From the NCBI GenBank assembly GCA_045837725.1, contig JBEWZL010000047.1, forward strand, positions 1 to 64,000: a stretch of DNA of 64,000 nt, in the 5' to 3' direction. Shown in pieces: positions 53,822 to 64,000 of this stretch; the first letter of the stretch is position 1; every line of letters starts with the position of its first letter. A model generated the notes under the pieces. That model was not told the origin of the DNA. It saw only the letters and a program-made list of their open reading frames with translations, and searched no databases. The translations under genes and the position numbers were made by a program. The stretch comes from Vermamoeba vermiformis (taxonomy: Eukaryota).

Positions 53822-54380
53822 TCACCTTTCACGCTTCTTTGTTACCATTACGCTTTGTACCTTCGTACCGATCCAGTTCTTTGATACTAAATCCCGTAAA
53901 ATCTTCAGTCGGCGGGCATAAGCAAGCATACTGTTATCCTTGTAATGATATAAGCATATCAATTTAGCATTAAAAGTAAACTACCTTACTACGGTACTCC
54001 AAAATAGCTTTTTGCAAATCTAGCAGCTCATAATGCAGTTGTTGCAAGTCTTGTGAATCATCGAGTACTTTTTGTTGCGCTTCATTTACAAACGGCAGAA
54101 ATTCATGGTTTGCAACCCGCAACAGATTTTGCATCTCTTTTACCTCATCTGCTATTTCTTGGGTTTTTACCGCAATTATTTTTAATTTTTCTTGTATCCT
54201 TTTTTCAACCTCTTTCTTTTCGTCGTCTGTGTAAATTATGAATGAATTTTTACCAGTAGACGAATTTTGTTTTGCAAGATTCGTTTTTTTTCCTGGTTTT
54301 TCTAGTAGGGTTGGGCCCTCCGAAGTTAATGGTGAAGCCAGTCGTCCTTCAGACCTGCTGGAGTTTTTTTGTTCTGCCAT
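53822..54380 (-). CDS. Hypothetical coiled-coil protein (2 exons)
   Basis: ATG-initiated ORF rich in E/K/Q/L with heptad character; the GT-AG intron after EYRSK gives an in-frame last exon. Confidence 0.55.
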
Positions 54381-54601
54381 TAGTAGACCCGTTGTGTTAT
54401 CTCAGCGAATGAGCGAAGGCAATAAGAGCGAGTATGAAGGGAATTAAAACAAATTTGAATATGACTAAAAAATGCTTCACGTGTTGAGTTCGTATTGTGT
54501 TAGATGTTACAAAAGGATTAAGACAAAAAAAACATCAACCAGTGGTAATTTGCAGATCTGTGCAATGCTTCTTAAATTTTTGATAACACAACCTTCAAAT
54601 T

Positions 54602-54706
54602 CACCACTACACTTGTCAAAGGCACGTGACTTCGTTTCTTGGCAGTGCCTTTCACACCAAACCTAGTACTTGAGCAAGATCTGATCCTATCAAACACTGG
54701 ATACAA
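54602..54706 (-). repeat. Two adjacent fragments copied from the mannosidase 3' exons
   Basis: 54602-54659 matches 47577-47634 and 54678-54706 matches 47846-47881, in the same orientation. Confidence 0.85.
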
Positions 54707-54882
54707 ACAAAGTTAAATTAGTGATGCTGTAATTGTCCTCCAAGGCGCCATCATTAAAAGCTATCTCCAATAACACTGTAGAGCCAAGAAAAAGTGCCAT
54801 TTTGTTGCTTCAAATGCTCTTCAGTCACAAGCAAAGCACTGCCATTGAATGACCTAATCAAAGATTTGATGATGCTGACTGG

Positions 54883-57475
54883 TTAAATTTCCTCTTTGGA
54901 GTCAAAGTTAGCTTCTAAAATGTACTCATCCAAATCTGATTCTTCCTCTTCCAATTCACCCTCCAATTTGAATTCGGTTAGTTGCGCAAATTGTGCCACA
55001 AATGGACCGTAATAGAGTTTAATATTTTCTGAATGTACGATTGCCAAAGAAGCTGGCAAATCCTCAGGTATGTTGGTAATCGTCTTGTTGGTGATGAACA
55101 GATAAATCACAGTGTACTCCTGTTCAAAGATTTGAAGGCACTTTTGCAATGAGTTGAACCAATGCTCGATCTGGATGTAGTTAATTGTAGTAATTTCTTG
55201 TTTGGTGTCTGCCTTTTGCAGGTGCTTCAGCTGCTTGACGAGCATCACTGGCTTTGAACCTTCTGCAGACTTGAAGAATGTGCGGCCATCAACACAGGGA
55301 TTGCCTGTCTTGCAAAGGAAGGTATAGTGGAAAAATTCAATTTTTGGAACCTTTCGGACTTCAGTGACAATGTTCTGACGATTGTTAGTGATTAAAATTT
55401 GTAGCAGGAGACTAACCTCTTCGAGCGCAACTGGTCTCTTTGAATTCTTTTTGATGAACTGCTCCACTTCAGTAGCACACTGTATGGGCTGTAGCTGAAT
55501 TTTGATATTCGCTAGTGTTTGAGACAACTTGGCACCATTCAGAAGCTCACCGACTGTTATTGCTGTGTCTTTCACGTACATCAGTGCTTGAATACGAACA
55601 GGCTACATTTCAGATCCATTAGTTGTTGCTACGATAAATCAAAAAATAGAATACCATCAGTTGGTGATCAAGCAACTCAAACATATGCCAAGTAAATCGC
55701 ACACCAAGAGAGGGCATCAGGCTTGGTGATATCAACGGCAATAAATTTGCACCGTATTCGTCAAGTCCGTAGGTTTCGTTTGCTTGGTGTACCCAATGGT
55801 AGGGCAAGAAAACACCAACATTTCGACGATAAATTATACCTTGAATTTCAAGTTGGTCTATCAATTGTGCTTGTAGAGTCTTGAGGAGAGAAAACGGCGT
55901 TCCAGCCAGAACAAAGTGAAGAAGTTTTCTAAAACCAGAAATTTCCTGAAGTTTTTTCATCATCTGCATGGTAAAGTCAGTGCGGTCAAGATAATAACTC
56001 ATGTTACCTCAGTTGTTTTGTTCAGCAATTCGCTTGTAATTTGACCAGTAATTGCCTCGATAGAGTCTTCAGATGGCTGAGCACTTGACAAATATCTCTG
56101 TATGATTGATATAATAGACTCTAAAACATGAGGTGTAGAGCACATCAAAAACAAAACTCGCTGAAATTTGACGTCTTCAAGCCAAGCCGCGTGGTTGGGT
56201 AAGCAAGCCAGGAAGATTTGTTTGATGCTGTCGAAAGAGAGCGGCGGCAGAGCCATCTTTAACTGCCCAAATCCAGAAGCAACGACAAACTGCTTGTCGA
56301 TGACTTGCTCAACGGTGCCTGCTATGACAGGATATATAACGAAGTTGTCGATTGGAGCTCCAGATTTCATATATGTTCCGATGCATTTGAGAATATCTCG
56401 CGACAGTTGCAGATTCTGAGTGACAACGGTGTTAAACTCATCCAAGACCAGAATCACAGCACAAAGTCCAGGTGGGTAATCCAATCGTAGAGTCGCCATG
56501 ACAGTATCGAAGGTAAAGGTCCGTCGAAGTAAGTCCGGGTAGTCCGCACATGTTGTTAAAAGGGCTGACTTTGTGCAGCCACACAGTGCCTTTGCAGCCA
56601 CTCTCATGCCAAGAATTAACTCGCAATTAGTCTCACCCACAGTTAATTGATCTCTGTTACTGAAATCAATGTAAACAGTTACAACGCTAGTGATCTATTA
56701 TCAATTTGTTAATTATTACCTTAAAATGAAACTTAGTGATTACCTTTGGATTTTGTTTAACAAACTCGGTGCACCATTCTTTCATCTCCTCACAAATGCG
56801 CGATTTTCCGCTTCCGCTGCCAGCTGAGACCGTGCAAAAGAAGTGTCTATTTTTAGTAGTATTTCCGAATGCTGCGAAGTTTGAAGAGAATAATAACTGT
56901 GCAGTTTCTTTGGCTTCTCTCCGGTCAAGCAGTGGCATTTGCATATATGTAACAGGGCCACTTCCAACTTTGAAAGGAATTGCAAGTTCCTTTCGTAAAG
57001 AGCGGATGAATGCAATCTTCTCGTTAATTGTTCGGAGGCGTAAAGTATTGGCATACTCCAACAAATACTTTTGTTCGGTGTCTGCGTTCCGTTAGTTATT
57101 AAAAACTGATTAAGAGGATCAACCAGTACTTACACGTGTCTAAAGTTAAATTTTGTAATTGACTTTCAATGGACAGGGCTGGGTGGGTAGTAGGTTTGTT
57201 TATTTCGATCTCAGCCCACAACTTCCGCAATAACATCTTTGAAATCCTCTTCTGCTCTGTATATTCTTTGAAATCATCTAAAAGGTCTTCGAAGCTTTGG
57301 TACGTAATAAGGGTTTCGACGGAAAAGTTCAAGACTTTTCGCGCCCAAATCGCAACTTGTCTCTGGTGCCAATCAAGCTGCGGTGTGGTGTCTTTAGTTA
57401 TATGGACACGTGCCCATTCCTCCAATTGCTCTTCAGACCACTTTTCAACAGGGAGAGTACAATCAAAAGACGTAT
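54883..57475 (-). CDS. Crinkler/RHS-type effector-like protein: SAM-like header + P-loop NTPase + PD-(D/E)xK nuclease-like domain (5' exon unresolved)
   Basis: Header DWHQRQVAIWA; Walker A SAGSGSGKSR; Walker B VILVLDEFN; C-terminal GNPCVDG..VKQLKH..YLFITNK..AIVHSENIKLYYGPF. Confidence 0.75.
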
Positions 57476-58122
57476 CTGCGATTTTAAAAATATGTTAATT
57501 TGATGCTTATTTGCAGAATACGTAAAACTTTTTTTTAAATTCAACGTTTGAGTTAATTTGATTGCTTATTATTTGCAAATAAACGATATACTATTCTAAA
57601 CATATTAATTATTGCTCCGAGCGGGAATTTAATTAATTGAGACAAAAAATGAGGATTTGGATTCAAATTTTCGGGCAAGTTAATTAAATTTCTTTTGGGT
57701 AGGTATTCAACTACGCGGTAAAGAAAATAAATAATAGAATATAATTATTTTGATTTAGTACTATTTGGTGGCGCGTAATTTAGGCTAAATGCCCAACAAT
57801 GCAGACCAATCGATGTTACCTCTATTTTTCACCTCCATTATATTAATATAAGAAATTGTGCTGAAATACTTCGTCCGTGGTAATCAAACAAAGCAGAGAT
57901 AAAGTTCAAAAAAATGGGCTTCCAATTTTTGACGATGTGCCCGCCTGCACTGACAGTGTTTGGGTGTCTCGAAGTCTAATATTCGTGACGATTAAAAGAA
58001 AGCGAGTTTGGTCCCAAATACGTCAAGATTAATGACATGGAAAGCAAAACGCCCACTGTCATAATGTCAACAAAAAATTTCTGCGAGCATTTTTATCTAT
58101 TTTTGACCACAGGAACCACAGT

Positions 58123-61091
58123 ATGTCTAATATTGGTCATCTTGCTATCTTAGTGCTGCTGAGTACTACCCTGGTGTACTCTCAACAGCTTTCAATCTTC
58201 GTTGCGGTGGACGGATCGGATGCAACTGGTGATGGCTCGATGAATAAACCGTTCCAGACAATTACCGCTGCCAGAGATTATATACGCAGTAATGTCACGA
58301 AAGCGAATTTTAACGGTACGTGAATAAAAGAAATTAAAATGCCTGTTGAAATTAATACTGAATTACGTAATGCAGAGATCAATGTCGAAGTTCGCGGTGG
58401 AATGTATTTCCTTGCCGATACCATTGCATTTACGCAAGAGGACTCTGGCACTAACCAAACATTGGTTCGTTATAGGTAAATATCTTTTTGATTCCATTTT
58501 AAAAATATTGCTAGCGCGGTTAATTTTATTCCGGCTCGCTTTATGAACAATACCAACATAAATCATGTTTTTAATTTTCTACAATTAGGGCATATAATAA
58601 CGAGCAAGTTACTTTGGTTGGAGGTATTTCTCTTGGTGGATGGAGTTCCGTAACAGATTCGGGAGTGCTCAACCGCTTGAAGACCGATGCAAAAACAAAT
58701 GTAAGGCGGTATTACTATAAGCATGTTATGTACGACATTAACAAGTTAAAATTAGGTCAAAGCAGCGTCTTTAGGTGATGCTGATCCGGGTACCTTACAG
58801 AACCGTGGATTTTCCTTCTTTGGAAATTATGCAGCTATGGAATTGTTCTTCAAGACCGATCCAATGACCCTCGCACGATATCCTAATAACGTAAGTATCA
58901 CAATTTGGCTATTTTTAGCTGACAAGCGCAACACAGGATTTTTTGTTGATCTCGGCCGTTACCGGATCAACAGTGCAATTCACTGAAGCCAATAGCAATG
59001 TCGCTAATTGGCAACAAGAAAGCGATCCGTGGGCCTTTGGATACTGGAAGTACGATTGGGCCGATGAGTAAGTATCAACCTATCAAAATGTCAAAAACTT
59101 GATCTTATCCATGAATTGAATCAAACAGCTACGTGAAATTAGATTCATTCAGTGCCAGTGGAAACAACGTGTCATTTCAAGTTGTCGGCGATCAGCCTGG
59201 ATTTGGCATTGGTGCAGATCAGCGATTCTACTTCCAAAACTTCTTGTCTGAACTCGATAGTCCCGGCGAGTACTACATTGACCGTGCTAACAAAAAGATC
59301 TATTTTTGGCCTCCCAGCAACGACTACTCTGACAGCGACTTTATTGTTTCAACCAACGATTACATCTTCAAGTTGAACGACGTGTCATATTTCACTCTCG
59401 AAGGATTTACCATTGAAGCCACTCGCAGATCAGTAAGTTAGTTGGATAAATTACCATAAAAGGAAATAATTGACTTATTAATTTTATTTCTAAGGGCATT
59501 GACGGTCGCGACCTGACTAATGTAAGACCGACGAAATCTCGGCCAAAAATATCCAATTAACATAGGATTTGTACAGGTGACAGTTCGTGGTCTGACTATT
59601 AGAAACACTGGCACTGACGGTGCTGTGTTAGAAGGCCCGAAGAACATTCTTGTCGAGAACTGTGTGGTGAACAATCCAGGTGACCGTGGATTTTCATTCT
59701 ACGGAGGAGACCGTGCCACGTTGACGCGATCAAGTAAGCCTTACGATTACACTGTGATTGCAACCTAACGTGCTTTAGATCATATGGTACGCAATAACAT
59801 TGTGAAAAATTTCAGTCGTTGGTCGAAGACTTACCGACCCGCGTTCAATGTTGATGGCGTTGGTACCACGATTGAGCACAATGAAATGTTCAACGGACCT
59901 CACACTGCGTTGTTGTGGAGCGGCAACTATCACACGATGCAGTACAACATCATTCACGATGTAAGTACGACACTTTTCGAGAGACACTTTTACCTATTGT
60001 ATTTGCAGGTTTGTCGCGAGACTGGTGACGTTGGTGCGTTTTATTCTGGCAGAGATTGGACTCGCCGTGGTAACGTCATCAAGCACAACTTTTTCTAGTA
60101 AGTACAAACGTGTCATCATGGCGTCAAAGTCCTGTACTCACACCGTCGTTACGCACAGCAACATCAATGGTCCTGGTGCTCTTGGTGCCTCAGGCGTTTA
60201 TTTTGACGATCAGTACAGTTCTGGTGACATCATCGGAAACGTCTTTTACAACGTCTATCGCGTACGTAGAAGCTAATTTCTAAATGGCTCTCGTGTTCTC
60301 ATTTTAACTGTCTCGCAGGCGATTCTGATCGGCGGAGGTCGCGACAACAACATCCATTACAATCTGTTCGTTGACTGCCAGACCGGTGTTGCTATTGGTA
60401 AGTCAAAACATGGGTCGAGCGCGGAAATCCAATCCTGAAATTTCGTTTAGACGCTCGTGGATTGGGTCTGTGCGGACCTCAAAATGACGGTACTTTGAAC
60501 ACTAACTTGGACGCCGTGCCCTACAAACAAGAGCCCTGGTTGTCTGCTTTCCCGACTTTAGCAACCATTTTGGATGCAAGTACTGATTGCTTCGAACAAA
60601 CAAATTAATGAAATTGATTCGTGGAATTTAACGCACATTATTTAGAATGAGCCCAACGCGCCTATAGGCAATAACTTTGGTTACAATTTGTTCGTCAACA
60701 TGAGCGACACGTGGAAGTCGTTCTGTCCCGAGGATCAAGTCACGCCGTTCATCAATATGACCGAGAACTGCTTCAATTTGACGCGCGAAGACTTTGTCGA
60801 TGCTAACGGCCTCAACTTTGAGCTCGTGAGTGGTGCGCTGAACAAGTGCTCCAGCTCATTCAGTGCCGTGTACCAGGCCATTCCATTCGATACCATTGGT
60901 GCCCAGAACTTAAGTACGTATTCTATATTATTATATGTTCTGTCTTATTAATCGATGGTGCAGATCAATCGCCTCAAAGCGGATCGGGTCCTTCAGCGTC
61001 TTCAAACACACCGAAAGCAGGTTCATCGGCAGTTAGCAACGCTAGTTCTTTACTCGTTTTTGTAGTTATGCTTGGTATTGGAATGTTTTAA
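58123..61091 (+). CDS. Secreted right-handed beta-helix protein, GH141-like, with hydrophobic (GPI-like) tail
   Basis: FVAVDGSD..GSMNKPFQTI, VRGGMY, EDSG, MTLARYPN, GYWKYDWAD, ELDSPGEYY, GDVGAFYSGRDW..RGNVI, GVYFDD, LIGGGRDN. Confidence 0.85.
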
Positions 61092-61739
61092 AGAAAGTTG
61101 GGTTGAAACAGAAATTTGGTGTATTGTTTTATTCGAGCATTTCGTGACAGCAAATACACATGAAATTTGATACAAACTTCGCTTTAAACCTGGAGGTATG
61201 ACGAGAGTTATAGGCACCTTATCGCGCAAAAATATTTTTTTATTCCGCGGATCGGATCGAGCGATCTTTTTTCCAACTTCTCTTATATGTATATTATTCC
61301 AGCTACAAACAAAAATTAAAATTTGTATTATCTCAGCGTACTTTGGTAGTAATATAGTAATAGCATTTATTTATTATTTTTAAATTGGAATATCCGAAAA
61401 AAAAATTTGCAATTCACTCTTCCGCAACTCATTTTTAGAGCAATTTTCTAATAGAATTTTGATGCAAACGCTGGTTAATTTACAATGGTGAATCTTGGAT
61501 CCACAGATGCGAAGCTATTGACTTGAAGATTTTGGATCAATCTTGATTACAAGTCCAGTGCAGCGAGGGAGAACTGAACAAAGTAACTCATGCCACCGCA
61601 ACAAAACGGCTAGGTCGGCGAAATTAACTCCGCTTTTCTTTCCGCGGCGATTTACTCCTTTTTTGGATTAGAAGAGCTCGCGAACATTGAAGAACCTCGA
61701 GACGCACGGAATTTCCTCTTCGCAATTTCTCCTTGCCAG

Positions 61740-61748
61740 CTATAAAAG
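61740..61748 (+). promoter_or_regulatory. Probable TATA box
   Basis: CTATAAAAG about 70 nt upstream of the ATG at 61813. Confidence 0.5.
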
Positions 61749-61812
61749 TACTTTGCTCGAGCATTAATCATTCATCAAACAAACAAGAACAACAACTCTA
61801 TTCCAACTTAAA

Positions 61813-63024
61813 ATGTCAACTGTATTCCTCATTGGCGCTGGTTACATCGGCAATGCTGTTGCGATTGCATTAAGGTATCTAAAATATAGCATGAAATTAG
61901 CGTATTAATTCTTTGTTCAGACAAGCTGGCCATCACGTCACCGTTTTGGTGAGATCTGCACCCAAAGCAGCAGAGTTGCTCAAACACGAAATTCGCGTCG
62001 TCGAAGGGCAAGTAAATTATCAAATCTATATACCAGTTACTAATATGAGCATTATAGTGATTTAAAGAATATCCAGACCTTTCAGAAGCAGATCGAAGAA
62101 TCAAGCTACATTATTGACGCTTCTGGTGACATGCAAGCCTGCCATACCTTATTAGCTGCCATCGAGAAAGCTTCCGAAAAGTAAGTCGTGCATTTCTATA
62201 ATATCTGGAAATATCTTTATTCAATTGACCTTTTTTTTAGGGCACCGAGATCGAAAACTTTTGTTTACACTTCCGGTGTTCTCGTGTACGGTGATAACCC
62301 CAACAAAATCCTCGATGAAACATCGCCTGTTGCAGCCAATCTTCACCCGTGGTCAAAGGGCAGATACGAATTTGAGCAAAAAGCGTTGCACTCAAGCCTC
62401 GTGCGCACGGTGATTATTCGACCTGGATTTGTTTACGGCAACAGTTCTGGCGGGTAAGTAACGTTGATATCAATTACAGCCGGGACCTTTAACTTATTGT
62501 TGACATTCAGTCTGGGACACATGGCTTTTGGAGCAGTATTGAAGGGTCAACTTACCATTGTTGGCAACCCTCAAAACAGGTACGCAATTCTTGCAAATAA
62601 GACTTAATATTGATATAATGCTATAGATTCGCCTATTCTCATATCGCTGATCTTGCTGATGGTTATCGACGTGTTGTTGAAGCACCAGTAAGCGTCATCG
62701 ACCGAGAAATTTTCAACATTGTTGACTTCTCACATCCAACCAACGATGAGGTACGAATACAGCTAAAGCTCCTGATTTTTGTAATACTGATACTAATACT
62801 GTATTAAGATGTTGAAGGCTGCCGCGAAGGTTGCTGGCTTCACTGGAAAACCCGAGTACCGCGCTGCGGAATCCGATTTTGAAAAGTTCGCTGATGTCAG
62901 CTGTGCCTGCTCACCACTTAAGACCATGAGACTACTCAACTGGACCCCTCGTCACGTTGGCTTCGTTGAAGAAATTGAGCTCTACTTTAAGGCCTACAAA
63001 GCTGCCTATGGAATTCCCCTGTAA
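61813..63024 (+). CDS. NAD-dependent epimerase/dehydratase (atypical SDR)
   Basis: VFLIGAGYIG Rossmann motif, FVYTSGVLVYG, IIRPGFVYG, HIADLADGY, LNWTPRH. Confidence 0.9.
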
Positions 63025-63527
63025 GCAAATAAACTTTAGTTTCATACTAATTGAACAGCAGTCAGAACACTATTCGTCGTCGTTTCGGGTGTATTTAACA
63101 GTGCGTATTCTTTTCGCTTTAAGGGGCGAAGGGGCGAACCGCTTTTCCGCGCGGTGGTGGGTCAGAACAGATCGCGAGATCTGCCACTGTGTCGTGCACG
63201 GGTTTTCACACCACACCGTATCTGTGTCTCTGTTATTTTGTTTTATATACTGATGGATCCATCCGGTTTTTAACGCGCGATCTGGATGGCGCTCCAGGAA
63301 GGTAATTCTATCGTATTTCGCTTTAAGCAGCTCGAATTATGCAAGATTTGTTGGTTTTGTACCTACCTCGTAAATAAGGAACAAAAGTTGGTTTTCATAA
63401 CATAACCTAACATACAAGAGTCCTTTTTGGTTGCAGCGAAGAAAAAATTGATCCAAAAACGGTCTGTTGCGATTTCAATTTTGCTATTTAATCGTGATAT
63501 TGAGACAACACAGAATAGTGAGTTGCA

Positions 63528-64000
63528 ATGAGAGAGCTGCTGTTCATCACCGTTTTGCTTGCAGCGATATTGAACGTGACTGCGCACTCAAGATTCGTTT
63601 GCCCGACGCCCAGAAGCGATAGCTCCGGTATTAAAACAGTAAGTTCCGTGATTAATTTTAAAATTGTATAATCAATGCACTCTTATGATAAATAACGCTA
63701 ATACTGCAGGATATTAAAATAAAATCTTTGTAATTGAGCTGTAATTTCCGTTTAACTGCCCTAGTAGCAATTATAATAGCAAAAATAATATAATTAATCA
63801 ACCAAGGTATTAAAATTAATTTATGAAGGGACCATGCGGAGATCAAACGAACGACTTCAGCGGACCCGTTACTGAGCTTTCTCCCGGCTGGAATACCTTA
63901 GTCATCGAAGAAACCGTTGTTCATAGTGGTGAGTCATAATTATGGAGTTGATATAAGTGCCAGGCAAGCCGAGATTTATTTTGATACTCGCAGGAGCGCC
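63528..64000 (+). CDS. Secreted His-brace (LPMO-like) protein, 5' part; runs off the window
   Basis: Exons 63528-63638, 63829-63928 and 63994- give MRELLFITVLLAAILNVTA-HSRFVCPTPRSDSSGIKTGPCGDQ..LSPGWNTLVIEETVVHSGAP. Confidence 0.75.

Noticed and set aside
54740-54855. Short minus-strand frame LLVTEEHLKQQNGTFSWL resembling a second nuclease tail
   Set aside because: Too short and the similarity too vague to support a gene remnant.
1-64000. CRISPR arrays, prokaryotic operons, rRNA, transposase or reverse-transcriptase genes
   Set aside because: No regularly spaced repeats or diagnostic motifs were seen; the genes carry spliceosomal introns, including the bacterial-looking ones, which argues against contamination.

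Overview
Gene-dense, intron-rich eukaryotic DNA: short GT-AG introns with CTAA-type branch points and AT-rich spacers. The gene repertoire suggests an amoeboid or other protist, which is an inference. No prokaryotic operons or CRISPR arrays were seen. Gene models were spliced by eye, so boundaries are approximate. 0-13 kb is a housekeeping block (exportin-7, fibrillarin, eIF4E, RIO1) with candidate intronic snoRNAs. 13-40 kb is a duplication-rich accessory island: two pseudokinases next to a RIO1 5' fragment, three ZZ-finger genes (one fused to a bacterial-type domain), four F-box genes, a SAM-header gene, a G-patch gene and two convergent copies of a ~1200-aa Kelch-DUF4419-LRR protein. 41-64 kb is rich in secreted and carbohydrate-active genes: fasciclin, GH5 cellulase, GH38 mannosidase with an intronic tRNA-Phe, a GH141-like beta-helix protein, an epimerase, and a His-brace LPMO-like gene absent from the ORF track. 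This part also holds a Crinkler-type SAM-NTPase-nuclease gene. The best candidates for undescribed biology are the Kelch-DUF4419-LRR pair, the His-brace protein and the shuffled Crinkler header module.
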